Origin: Bryobacterales bacterium
Lineage (GTDB): Bacteria > Acidobacteriota > Terriglobia > Bryobacterales > UBA6623
Direction: 5' to 3'
DNA length: 64,000 nt
Assembly (NCBI GenBank): GCA_965116065.1
Contig: OZ220485.1
Coordinates: 3,312,347-3,376,346 of the forward strand
The notes beneath the pieces were generated by a model. The model was not told the DNA's origin and made no database searches. It saw nothing but the letters and a program-made list of their open reading frames with translations. Numbering within the stretch: the stretch's first letter is position 1; each line of letters begins with the position of its first letter. Of the stretch, positions 1-8,406 are shown piece by piece. A program made the position numbers and the translations under genes.

Positions 1-935
1 AGTGGAATCTCAGCGTGCAGCGGCAGCTCAATCAGTCGATGGCACTGACGACGGCCTATGTGGGATCATCCTCGACGAACATCCAGTTCGACTACAACAT
101 CAACGCGCCGGGAATCGGTCCGTCAAGCACCGAAGTGGAACGTCGGCTGTACTTCCCTTCCCTGAACGGGTTGACCTACCGCAGCCCGGCCGCTCACGCC
201 TCCTATCACGGACTGGAGGCAACACTGACCAAGCGGTTCTCGAAGGGCTTCACCTTCACGAGCGCCTATACATGGTCGCGTGCGATGAGCCAGACGCAGG
301 AACTGTTCGTCGCTGGCGACAACGGCGGTCCGCAGGACAAGACCTGTTTCGCGTGCGAGCGCGGTCCCTCCTCCAACGACACCAATCACCGCCTGGTGAA
401 CAGCTACATCGTGAACCTGCCGTTCGGCCGCGGCCAGAGGTTCCTGGATCGTGGAGGCATCGTGAACGCCATCTTCGGCGGCTGGCAGATGACGGGCATC
501 CTGAGCCTGCAGTCGGGCCAGTACTTCGATCTCACGCTGGCCAACGCCTTCGCGAACCTCGGCACCAACGGCGTAGGGGCGTGGCGTCCGAACGTGATCG
601 GCGATCACCGGCTGAGCAACCCGACACCGGATCTATGGCTGAATCCGGATGCCTTCGAGATGCCGGTGGACGCCAGTGGCAACCCGACATTCGGGAATCT
701 GGGGCGCAACTCACTGCAAGAAGACGGAATCTTCAACTGGGATGTCGGTCTGATGAAGAACTTCCGCGTTACCGAGCGGGTTCAGCTGCAGTTCCGATGG
801 GAAGCGTTCAACGTTACCAATCATCCGTCGTATGGAACCCCTAACACGAACCTCTCCAGCCCGGATGTCGGGAAGATCACCAGCACGTTGGGTCTGCCGC
901 GGCAGCAGCAGCTCGGATTGCGGGTGACCTTCTAG
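1..935 (+). CDS. TonB-dependent receptor, C-terminal portion (5' end outside window)
   Basis: Frame of ORF 15..935 is open to the window edge. Gly/Asn/Thr/Ser-rich beta-strand pattern, ending ...QQQLGLRVTF with a terminal aromatic residue typical of outer-membrane beta-barrels. Confidence 0.8.
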   Translation, partial: WNLSVQRQLNQSMALTTAYVGSSSTNIQFDYNINAPGIGPSSTEVERRLYFPSLNGLTYRSPAAHASYHGLEATLTKRFSKGFTFTSAYTWSRAMSQTQELFVAGDNGGPQDKTCFACERGPSSNDTNHRLVNSYIVNLPFGRGQRFLDRGGIVNAIFGGWQMTGILSLQSGQYFDLTLANAFANLGTNGVGAWRPNVIGDHRLSNPTPDLWLNPDAFEMPVDASGNPTFGNLGRNSLQEDGIFNWDVGLMKNFRVTERVQLQFRWEAFNVTNHPSYGTPNTNLSSPDVGKITSTLGLPRQQQLGLRVTF

Positions 936-1037
936 TCGCCAGCAGGACATTGCCCGCAGGAATCTGGCTCGCGCAGATCCGGTAACGCCTCGGTCTCCTG
1001 GCGAGAGGTCAGCAACTGCGGGAGGATAGGTGGTGCC

Positions 1038-2402
1038 ATGCCGATCGGCCGCCGCACATTCTTCGGATCCGTCTCAACTCTTGCAGCACCGCAGGTTGCA
1101 AGGCCGGCAGAGCCCGTACTCGAGACGGAACTGCTGCGTGCCATCGAGTCGATCCCTCTCGTCAACACACACGAGCACATCATCCCGGAAGAGGAACGGA
1201 CGTCTTCTCGGATCGACTTCTTCACTCTCGCGGGACACTACGCCATCAACGATGTGATCTCCGCCGGGCTCGCGGGAGACGATCTGGATGTCGTGCGCAA
1301 TCCGGATGCATCGCCGGAGCGCCGCTGGCGTGCATTCGAGCCATTCTGGAACTCGGCCCGCCTGACAGGCTATGGCCAAGCACTGCGCATCGCGATTCGC
1401 GACATCTACGGAGTCGATCGGATCTCGCGCACTTCTTTGCAGACAATCAACCGCGAAATCGAAGCCGCGAACCGGCCCGGCCTGTACGAGGAGATACTCA
1501 TCCGCCGCTCGAACATCGCCTACGCGGTACTGGACGACTACTGGAACGCCAAGCCCGTCCGTCCGGATCCGAGGTTCTTCGTGTGCGCCCGCAAGTTCGA
1601 CCGATTCATCGCCCCGCAGTCCGCTTCCGACATCCGGAACCTGGAACGGCTCACCGACGTTTCCATCACGGACCTCGCCGGGCTCAAGCGGGCGATGGAG
1701 ACCAGCTTCGAGCAGAGCCTCGACATCGGCATGGTCACGGTCAAGTCGACACTGGCCTACAACCGGGAAATCCACTATGCCGAAGTACCGGAACGGGATG
1801 CGGAGTCCAGCCTGGAGTCGATGCTCAAGGCGACATCCGTTCCTTCCGCTGACTTCCGATCGCGTGTCGAGCGGCCCTTCCGTCCGCTCGAAGACCACAT
1901 GTTCCATCATCTGATCGGCCTGGCGGCAGCCCACGACGTGCCGGTGCAGATCCACACTGGTCTACATGCGGGGAACGGCAACTTCATCGAGAACTCCAAA
2001 CCGACCCACCTGACGAACCTCTTCTTCCTGTTTCCGCAGGTGCGGTTCGACCTCTTTCACATGAGCTATCCCTACCAAGGGGAGGCGGCGGCGATCGCGA
2101 AGGTCTTCGCCAACGTGTACATCGACCTTTGCTGGGCCCATATCATCTCGCCCAGCGCTTCGAGACGCGCTCTTCACGAAATGCTGGATACGGTTCCCGC
2201 CAACAAGATCTTCGGCTTCGGCGGGGACTATCGGTATCCCGAACTCAGCTACGCACACGCCAAGATGGCACGGCAGAACATCGCACGGGTACTGGCCGAG
2301 AAGGTAGGCGAGGGCTCCTGCTCGGAGGAGGAGGCCCTTGAGCTCGGACGCAAGCTCCTGCACGACAATCCGGACGCACTCTTCAGAGGTAACGATGGCT
2401 AG
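1038..2402 (+). CDS. Amidohydrolase-family TIM-barrel metal hydrolase (Amidohydro_2-like), Tat-type signal
   Basis: 454-aa ORF. N-terminus MPIGRRTFFGS is twin-arginine-like. Has 'NTHEHII' metal-ligand-like motif and a C-terminal 'FGFGGDYRYPE' block, as in Amidohydro_2/uronate-isomerase-like proteins. Confidence 0.7.
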   Translation: MPIGRRTFFGSVSTLAAPQVARPAEPVLETELLRAIESIPLVNTHEHIIPEEERTSSRIDFFTLAGHYAINDVISAGLAGDDLDVVRNPDASPERRWRAFEPFWNSARLTGYGQALRIAIRDIYGVDRISRTSLQTINREIEAANRPGLYEEILIRRSNIAYAVLDDYWNAKPVRPDPRFFVCARKFDRFIAPQSASDIRNLERLTDVSITDLAGLKRAMETSFEQSLDIGMVTVKSTLAYNREIHYAEVPERDAESSLESMLKATSVPSADFRSRVERPFRPLEDHMFHHLIGLAAAHDVPVQIHTGLHAGNGNFIENSKPTHLTNLFFLFPQVRFDLFHMSYPYQGEAAAIAKVFANVYIDLCWAHIISPSASRRALHEMLDTVPANKIFGFGGDYRYPELSYAHAKMARQNIARVLAEKVGEGSCSEEEALELGRKLLHDNPDALFRGNDG

Positions 2403-3861
2403 AGTCTCATCCGAAATGAACAGGAACGCCCGACTGCGGGCACGGATGCGGTGGGCCCATCTCACGATCCTCCTCGTCCTCTCGGCTACCGTCACTTTCG
2501 CCCAGAAGCCGAACTTCGTCGTGATATTCGCTGACGATCTCGGATACGGCGATCTGGGCGTGTACGGGTCCGAGACGATCCGGACTCCCAATCTGGACCG
2601 CATGGCGGCAGAAGGCATGCGTTTCACCGACTTTTATGCATCGGCGCCTTTCTGCAGTCCGTCAAGGGCTTCCCTGCTGACGGGTCGGTACCCGGTCCGC
2701 GCGGGAGTGCCATACGTGCTGTTCCCGACCGAACAGACCGGCCTGGCACAGGCGGAGATCACGATCGCCGAAATTCTGTCCGACGCGGGATACGCCACCG
2801 CGGCAATCGGCAAGTGGCACCTTGGCTGGCCCAGGCCGTTCCGCGCCCAGCGCCATGGATTCGACTTCTTCTACGGTCTGCCGTACTCCAACGACATGCT
2901 CAAGTGGAAGGCCACCGAGATCCTGCGTGCGCAGCACGCCTTCTGGGAGCTACCGCTGCTGAACGACGATGAAACCGTGGAGGCTCCGGTCAACCAGCAC
3001 ACCCTCACCAAGCGGTATACGGAGAGGGCTGTCCGGTTCATCAAGGAGAACCGGAACCGGCCGTTCTTCCTGTATTTCCCGCACACCTTCCCGCACAATC
3101 CTCAGTACGCATCGGAAGACTTCGAGGGACATTCTCCCCACGGACTGTACGCCGACACGGTGGAGGAACTGGACTGGAGCGTGGGAGAGATACTGCGCAC
3201 ACTCCGGGAACTCGACCTGGACGAGAAGACCCTGGTCGTCTTCACATCGGACAACGGACCGACCAGAGGCGGAGGCGGACGCTGGGGACACCGCAGTTCG
3301 GGTGGAAGCGCCGGCGGGCTGCGTGCCAACAAGGGGACCACGTTCGAGGGCGGGATGCGAGAACCGGGCAACTTCCGGTGGCCCGGCAAGATCACCGCCG
3401 GAACCGTATCGAGCCAGTTGGCCTCGATCCTCGACCTGCTGCCGACTCTGGCCGAACTGGCGGGTGTCGATGCTCCCGACGATCGGGTGATCGACGGACG
3501 CTCGATCGCGGACCTGTTGCTGGGAACCAAGGACTCACTCGCCGAGGAACCGTTCTTCTACTACTTCGGAACGCAACTGCAGGCGATCAGGCTGGGGCGC
3601 TGGAAGCTCTTCCTCGCCCACGCCGAACCTCCCGAGATGTCGGCATCGCTGTGGTACCTGCAGAATCCCCAGCTCTTCGAACGCCACCACAGAGTGCTCG
3701 ACGCACCACAACTGTATGACCTGCACGCTGATCGCGCAGAGTCTCGCAACGTCGCAGCGCAGCACCCGGAGATCGTCGAACGGCTGGATGGGATTGCCCG
3801 ACGCTTCGATGAAGAGATGCAGCAAGACAAGCGCCAACCTGTATATCTGGACGGACAGTGA
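2395..3861 (+). CDS. Sulfatase (formylglycine-dependent arylsulfatase family)
   Basis: ORF 2338..3861. Start taken at ATG 2395 (GAGG just upstream, overlaps the upstream stop); ATG 2416 is an alternative. Signal peptide, then PNFVVIFADDLGYGDLG and active-site motif FCSPSRASLLTGRY. Confidence 0.9.
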   Translation: MARVSSEMNRNARLRARMRWAHLTILLVLSATVTFAQKPNFVVIFADDLGYGDLGVYGSETIRTPNLDRMAAEGMRFTDFYASAPFCSPSRASLLTGRYPVRAGVPYVLFPTEQTGLAQAEITIAEILSDAGYATAAIGKWHLGWPRPFRAQRHGFDFFYGLPYSNDMLKWKATEILRAQHAFWELPLLNDDETVEAPVNQHTLTKRYTERAVRFIKENRNRPFFLYFPHTFPHNPQYASEDFEGHSPHGLYADTVEELDWSVGEILRTLRELDLDEKTLVVFTSDNGPTRGGGGRWGHRSSGGSAGGLRANKGTTFEGGMREPGNFRWPGKITAGTVSSQLASILDLLPTLAELAGVDAPDDRVIDGRSIADLLLGTKDSLAEEPFFYYFGTQLQAIRLGRWKLFLAHAEPPEMSASLWYLQNPQLFERHHRVLDAPQLYDLHADRAESRNVAAQHPEIVERLDGIARRFDEEMQQDKRQPVYLDGQ

Positions 3862-4015
3862 GCAACCTGAACATGCGGTGCCACACTGCAGCAAGTGAAG
3901 CAGCAGAGGCAGCCACCGGGCCCAGAAGCGGAGGAGCGACCATCATCGACAGGATGAGTGTGACCCGTACGGGCTCGATTGATTATCGGCAAGTCGTGGC
4001 CGAGAGGGTCTTCTG

Positions 4016-4540
4016 GTGACCACCAACAAGAAGATAGTGATCATCGCCGGCCCCAACGGAGCAGGAAAAACGACATTCGCGACCGAGTATCTGCCCAATG
4101 AGGCGGACTGCCCGACCTTTGTCAACGCTGATTTGATCGCTTCTGGGCTGAGTCCGTTTCGTCCGTCTTCCGTCGCGATCCGAGCTGGTCGACTGATGAT
4201 CGAGATGCTGCGCGGATTCGCAGCGAAAGGCGAGAGTTTCGCCTTCGAGACGACACTGAGCGGCCGCAGCCATGCCCGCCTGATTCCGCTGTGGAGGAAA
4301 CAGGGCTATCATGTGATACTGTACTATCTGAGGTTGCCGACGCCGGAAACTGCGGTTGCCCGCGTGTGGCAGCGAGTGTCGGAGGGAGGCCACGACGTGC
4401 CTGAGGAGATCATTCGTCGCCGGTTCGAAGCCGGATGGCACAACTTCGAACGGATATATCGCGAGATGGTCGACGAATGGGCGGTTTACGACAACTCAGG
4501 GTCGGTCCCGATTCGGCTGACGGAGGGAAGAAAACTATGA
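4016..4540 (+). CDS. Zeta-toxin-like P-loop kinase/ATPase (COG4185-type)
   Basis: 174-aa ORF with GTG start. Walker A 'IIAGPNGAGKTTF', 'FAFETTLSG' and 'SEGGHDVPEEIIRRRF' blocks are typical of zeta-toxin-family/predicted ABC-type ATPases. Confidence 0.8.
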   Translation: MTTNKKIVIIAGPNGAGKTTFATEYLPNEADCPTFVNADLIASGLSPFRPSSVAIRAGRLMIEMLRGFAAKGESFAFETTLSGRSHARLIPLWRKQGYHVILYYLRLPTPETAVARVWQRVSEGGHDVPEEIIRRRFEAGWHNFERIYREMVDEWAVYDNSGSVPIRLTEGRKL

Positions 4541-4755
4541 AACCGGTCGATCTCAAGAACGAAGGATCAAGTACGCCATCCCACGACCCGGGTTTCGTTG
4601 GGGCGACAGCGGCGATGCGAAGGGCCGCCCTGCGGGCGCGCCGTCGTGCGGCGAACAACGGCACCCCGATCGCGGTATTCATGGACGGCAAGGTCGTCTG
4701 GCTGCAGCCTGATGACGAAGTGTTCTCCCAAGGCCATCAAGATCCGGAAGCCTGA
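4537..4755 (+). CDS. Small partner protein of the zeta-like gene (putative antitoxin-like, 72 aa)
   Basis: ATG 4537 overlaps the zeta-like stop (ATGA at 4537-4540). Sequence MKPVDLK...AMRRAALRARRRAANNGTPIAVFMDGKVVWLQPDD resembles small proteins I have seen paired with toxin genes. The function is inferred from context only. Confidence 0.45.
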   Translation: MKPVDLKNEGSSTPSHDPGFVGATAAMRRAALRARRRAANNGTPIAVFMDGKVVWLQPDDEVFSQGHQDPEA

Positions 4756-5018
4756 GTCGCACACGAGGGGACATCTGTGGCAGCGGATGTGAACCTAGCC
4801 GCCACTGCAATGCAATAGCGACGGAGAACTTGCACCCGCCACTATTCCACGGGCTGAAGCAGGATCCATTCGTCAAGTCTCGCCCCAAGACCGAACGTGG
4901 CGATGAGAATCGCTATGATGTGCGCTCTGTAGCATAGTGACAGAAGGCCCTCCGAGTCCATTTCGATAGCTCCCAGTGCCTGTTGCACTAGCAAGTGCGA
5001 CACCAGATATGGTGGTAG

Positions 5019-5240
5019 GTGTCCAAGGTGGACTATCATATTGGAAAAACTACCTTGGCACAGACCTACCACCAACTGCGGCACGACGAGCGCTGCCATA
5101 TCCACGCACGGCACAGGCAAGGAGCCTCGGCCCGCATCATCTCGGCCCAACTCCACGTGCGCCTTCCTCCCGGTCCTTGCCCCTGCGGACTGTCCCTACC
5201 GACCGGAACTCGCCCACTCCAGCCCTCAAGGGGCCTCTAG
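5019..5240 (+). pseudogene. IS30-family transposase N-terminal HTH remnant
   Basis: ORF 5019..5240 reads ...YHQLRHDERCHIHARHRQGASARIISAQL. This follows the IS30 N-terminal pattern (x-L-T-x-x-ER-x-x-I-x-x-x-x-x-x-G-x-S-x-R-x-IA-x-x-L). The expected 'RSPSTISRE..RN' continues only in another frame (APSSRSLPLRTVPTDRN in ORF 4976..5350). No DDE domain follows. Confidence 0.4.
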
Positions 5241-5383
5241 CCCCCTTGACACACCCACACCCTCTCCCCTACACTCTCGCTGAACTCTTCCTTCGCACCT
5301 TCCTCCAGCATCCCTACCTGTCGCACTTCGTTGTTCAATTGGCATGTTGAGAGTTCCTACACCACCGCCGAGGGCAAGTCTTC

Positions 5384-5914
5384 GTGTGGGCGTGGGTTCG
5401 TGGATGGGGCGGGCCCTACGACTTGGTTCTTGAACATGACACGAGAGTCGATTCAATCATATGGAGTAAGATCCGGTTGACAACCACTCAAGGTGGATCG
5501 TATGATAGAGACTATGGGGCTGGAGACACCCCCAACGAACGCCAAGACGGTGGACTTGGTGTTGATGCCGCCACTAGGGACCAGTTGGCCCGCCTCGCTC
5601 GCAACAGGAAGCGGAGGACGGTGGGTCGCAGCGGGCCCGACATTCGCTCCAGATGGTACCCGGAGGAGGTTCCCAATCCGAATGGAGTCTTTGAAGGCGA
5701 GTGCTTCACGGGTCCAACAGCGTGGGAGTTCATTGCATCGAGGCTGGATGCTGGCGAACACGTCAAGAAGGTCCGACTTCACTCACCAAAGGGCAAGTGG
5801 GGATACGAAATGAAGATTGATCTCGGACCCGGCTTGCTACTGTACGTGAAGCTGCGATTGCCGAGTTCCAAGTGCATCATCGGAAGAAGCTTCCATCTAA
5901 GCGACGAAACATGA
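5384..5914 (+). CDS. Putative MqsR-like toxin (ORF limits given; a real start is likely internal, e.g. GTG 5621, giving 97 aa)
   Basis: C-terminal half ...FTGPTAWEFIASRLDAGEHVKKVRLHSPKGKWGYEMKIDLGPGLLLYVKLRLPSSKCIIGRSFH ends with the 'YxKLxx...xxSFH/K' pattern of MqsR-type toxins. Its stop overlaps the start of a YgiT zinc-finger/HTH gene (ATGA 5911-5914), the toxin-first order of mqsRA. Confidence 0.4.
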   Translation: MWAWVRGWGGPYDLVLEHDTRVDSIIWSKIRLTTTQGGSYDRDYGAGDTPNERQDGGLGVDAATRDQLARLARNRKRRTVGRSGPDIRSRWYPEEVPNPNGVFEGECFTGPTAWEFIASRLDAGEHVKKVRLHSPKGKWGYEMKIDLGPGLLLYVKLRLPSSKCIIGRSFHLSDET

Positions 5915-6526
5915 AACAGGACAACACTTCCCTCTCTTCAGTGCATTCCACTGCCAACGACTTCGAGTGTCCAGTCTGCGATAGCAAGGCCGTCGACACG
6001 CATTGGCGTACCGAGACATTCAGTTACGGTCTCCCCGATTCGGCAGTCATGTTGCGGGTCGAACTGCCTTTGCGCCACTGTTCGACCTGCGAGTTTGAGT
6101 TCATCGACGACGAGGGAGAGCAACTCAAGCACGCGGCGGTCTGTCGGCACCTCGGAGTTTTGACCCCGGCCGAGGTGCGAGCGGCCAGGGAACGCCACAA
6201 GATGACTCGGACCGCCTTCGCCGAGGCCACGGCCCTCGGTGAAGCCACGGGAAGCCGGCGCAGTGATCCAGAACCGGGCCTACGATTTCTACCTGCGGCT
6301 AGTCCGCATGCCTGGGGTCATGTCGATTCTCCAGAGATTTTCGACCTTGAGGTCCAAGCCATCCGATGTCGTTAGGATTGGGATGGCGGACCCGCAACTC
6401 CCACATTCGGATCTCAGCGACCAGTTCCCTCACTTGGAAATTAATGCGAATGTATGCTCGGCGGAGAAGAATTTCCATCTCTGGAAGGAATCGTTCGAAC
6501 CGGCTAGCGAACTCCAATGTATGTAA
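5911..6526 (+). pseudogene. MqsA-family (YgiT-type zinc finger + HTH) antitoxin, frame-shifted near 6240
   Basis: MKQDN...FECPVCDS...HCSTCEFEF is a paired-CxxC zinc finger. It is followed by LTPAEVRAARERHKMTRTAFAEATALGEAT (HTH helices) in frame 1 (ORF 5872..6375). The rest of the HTH (EAGAVIQNRAYDFYLRLVRMPGV) lies in the +1 frame (ORF 6239..6526). Confidence 0.6.
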
Positions 6527-8406
6527 CAACGTTTTACTCCTTCAAGGGTGGCGTAGGACGGAGTATGGCGCTTGCCAATGTTGCCGTCGAGTTGGCACAA
6601 CGGGGGCGACGAGTGCTAGCCGTCGATTTCGATCTGGAAGCACCGGGGCTTGAGATGTTCGATCTCCCTCGTCCCGAGGAAGTAACGCCCGGGATCGTCG
6701 ACTTTGTCAGTGAGTACTTGATTTCAGACCAAGCTCCTGCTGTCGATAGATTCATATTCGAATCACCCGGCGTCGGAAGGAATGGTGGAGGTCTCTGGAT
6801 GATGCCGTCAGGTGCACCTGCCCAAGACTACGCAAACAATCTAGCGAGTATTAACTGGGGAGAACTCTATGAGCGACGCCACGGTTACCTTCTATTCGAA
6901 GACCTAAAAGAACAATGGAAGAACGTTGTGATGCCAGATTATGTATTCATAGACTCTCGGACCGGACACACCGATGTCGGTGGCATCTGCACGCGGCAGC
7001 TTCCCGATGCCGTCGCAATTTTTTTCTTCCCAAACACTCAAAATCTACGTGGACTGACCAAAGTCGTGAAAGATATTCGGTCGGAAAAAAAAGTGTCCAA
7101 CAACGAGGTTATTCATCTGCATTTCATCATATCGAACGTGCCAGATTTAGATGATGAGGACCAAATTCTGGAGAAGAGTATAGACTCGTTTAAAACAGAT
7201 CTAGAGTTCAAGAATCATCTCACCATTCATCGATACGACAGCCTATCGCTACTAAATCAGGCGATATTCACAAAAGATCGTCCAAGAAGTCGCCTTGCTA
7301 AGGAATACAAGGATGTCGTAACAGAGGTCGTTCGTAACAATCCACAGGATCGTGAAGGAGTACTTGATTCACTTGCAAGTCATGATTCAATGCGACAGTA
7401 TCCAACAAATCCAGAAGATTGGGTCAGGCAGCAGGACAAATTCAACAAATACTTGGAGATTGCTGAAGAGAATCTTCGAAATGATGGAGAAGTTCTATTT
7501 CAGATCGGAGTGTATCGCAATCGTCTCAATCGCTCCGTTGAAGCCTTGGAACTGTTCGATCAAGCGATCGCGAACGGGTTCCGAGAACCCGAAGTCTACC
7601 TCAGTCGTGCTAGATCGCGGCAAATCAATGGAATAAATGGCGCAAGTGAGGACGCCAAGAAGGTGATAAATACTCCCAATTCATCTCCTCATCATGTACT
7701 TCGTGCACTGTATATTCTTCACGAAATTCTTGGCGATGAGAACCTGATAGATATCGTGCAGTCAACTGATTTCTTATCAAAGGCACCAGAAACAAGAGTT
7801 TGGATCGCTCAGCAACATGGCTTGACCACAAGATCTAAAGCGGAGATCATATTGGCCATAGTTAGCCCGCTATCCGTCGAAATCGAGTTGCATGAGGCCG
7901 AAATTGCAAGACATCTTTTGGTTCTTTGCTCAATATCGTTAGGAAAATTCTCGGAGGCTATCGAAGTCATTCGGGCCGAAGAACCGGACGTAAAAGCAAT
8001 GAGTATTGAAACGGCTTTCAATTACGGAATGGCGCTCTGGGGAGAAACTGAGCAAATCGTTTGCGGACCATTTGCACGTGCAATCAGTTGCTTTATGGCG
8101 AAGGAAAGCCAGTACATGACGGCGAATAATCTGCAGTGCATGGCAATTGCTCATTGGGCGACTGGAAAGAAGAAGGAAGCACACGATCTAGCGCACAGAG
8201 CGCTCGTCAAGATTCGATCTCGCGGACGACGAAGAGAATTCAGTTGTTGGCGATATCTCGAAGTTCAAGCAGATGAATTCGAGCAGGATATGAACGAAAT
8301 TTTTGGGTTGATTGATGGCAACGAAACCATCAAACCGCGCTTCTTTTCGCCATTGCAGGGCAAGCAAGATACACGATCTGCCTTCGCACTAGAACCAATC
8401 ACTTGA
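6517..8406 (+). CDS. ParA/MinD-like ATPase with KGGVGR P-loop variant fused to a TPR-like helical-repeat domain (629 aa)
   Basis: N-terminus MYVTTFYSFKGGVGRSMALANVAVELAQRGRRVLAVDFDLEAPGL has a deviant Walker A whose second Lys is replaced by Arg. Walker-B-like DYVFIDSRTGHTD follows. The C-terminal ~330 aa are helical, with TPR-like units (EALELFDQAIANGFREPEVYLSRA; MAIAHWATGKKKEAHDLAHRAL). The gene is visibly AT-richer than its flanks. Confidence 0.75.
   Translation: MYVTTFYSFKGGVGRSMALANVAVELAQRGRRVLAVDFDLEAPGLEMFDLPRPEEVTPGIVDFVSEYLISDQAPAVDRFIFESPGVGRNGGGLWMMPSGAPAQDYANNLASINWGELYERRHGYLLFEDLKEQWKNVVMPDYVFIDSRTGHTDVGGICTRQLPDAVAIFFFPNTQNLRGLTKVVKDIRSEKKVSNNEVIHLHFIISNVPDLDDEDQILEKSIDSFKTDLEFKNHLTIHRYDSLSLLNQAIFTKDRPRSRLAKEYKDVVTEVVRNNPQDREGVLDSLASHDSMRQYPTNPEDWVRQQDKFNKYLEIAEENLRNDGEVLFQIGVYRNRLNRSVEALELFDQAIANGFREPEVYLSRARSRQINGINGASEDAKKVINTPNSSPHHVLRALYILHEILGDENLIDIVQSTDFLSKAPETRVWIAQQHGLTTRSKAEIILAIVSPLSVEIELHEAEIARHLLVLCSISLGKFSEAIEVIRAEEPDVKAMSIETAFNYGMALWGETEQIVCGPFARAISCFMAKESQYMTANNLQCMAIAHWATGKKKEAHDLAHRALVKIRSRGRRREFSCWRYLEVQADEFEQDMNEIFGLIDGNETIKPRFFSPLQGKQDTRSAFALEPIT

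Noticed and set aside
6383-6526. Alternative reading of the antitoxin tail as an independent 47-aa ORF (MADPQLPHSDLSDQFPHLEINANVCSAEKNFHLWKESFEPASELQCM) overlapping the ATPase start
   Set aside because: From the sequence alone I cannot distinguish a C-terminal extension of the MqsA-like frame, a separate micro-ORF, or non-coding DNA. It is not called as a separate feature.
6517-8406. Interpretation as a chromosome or plasmid partition ParA
   Set aside because: There is no ParB or centromere-like repeats nearby. The gene has a C-terminal TPR-like fusion, a KGGVGR P-loop variant and an AT-rich accessory context next to TA genes, all of which argue against a partition role.
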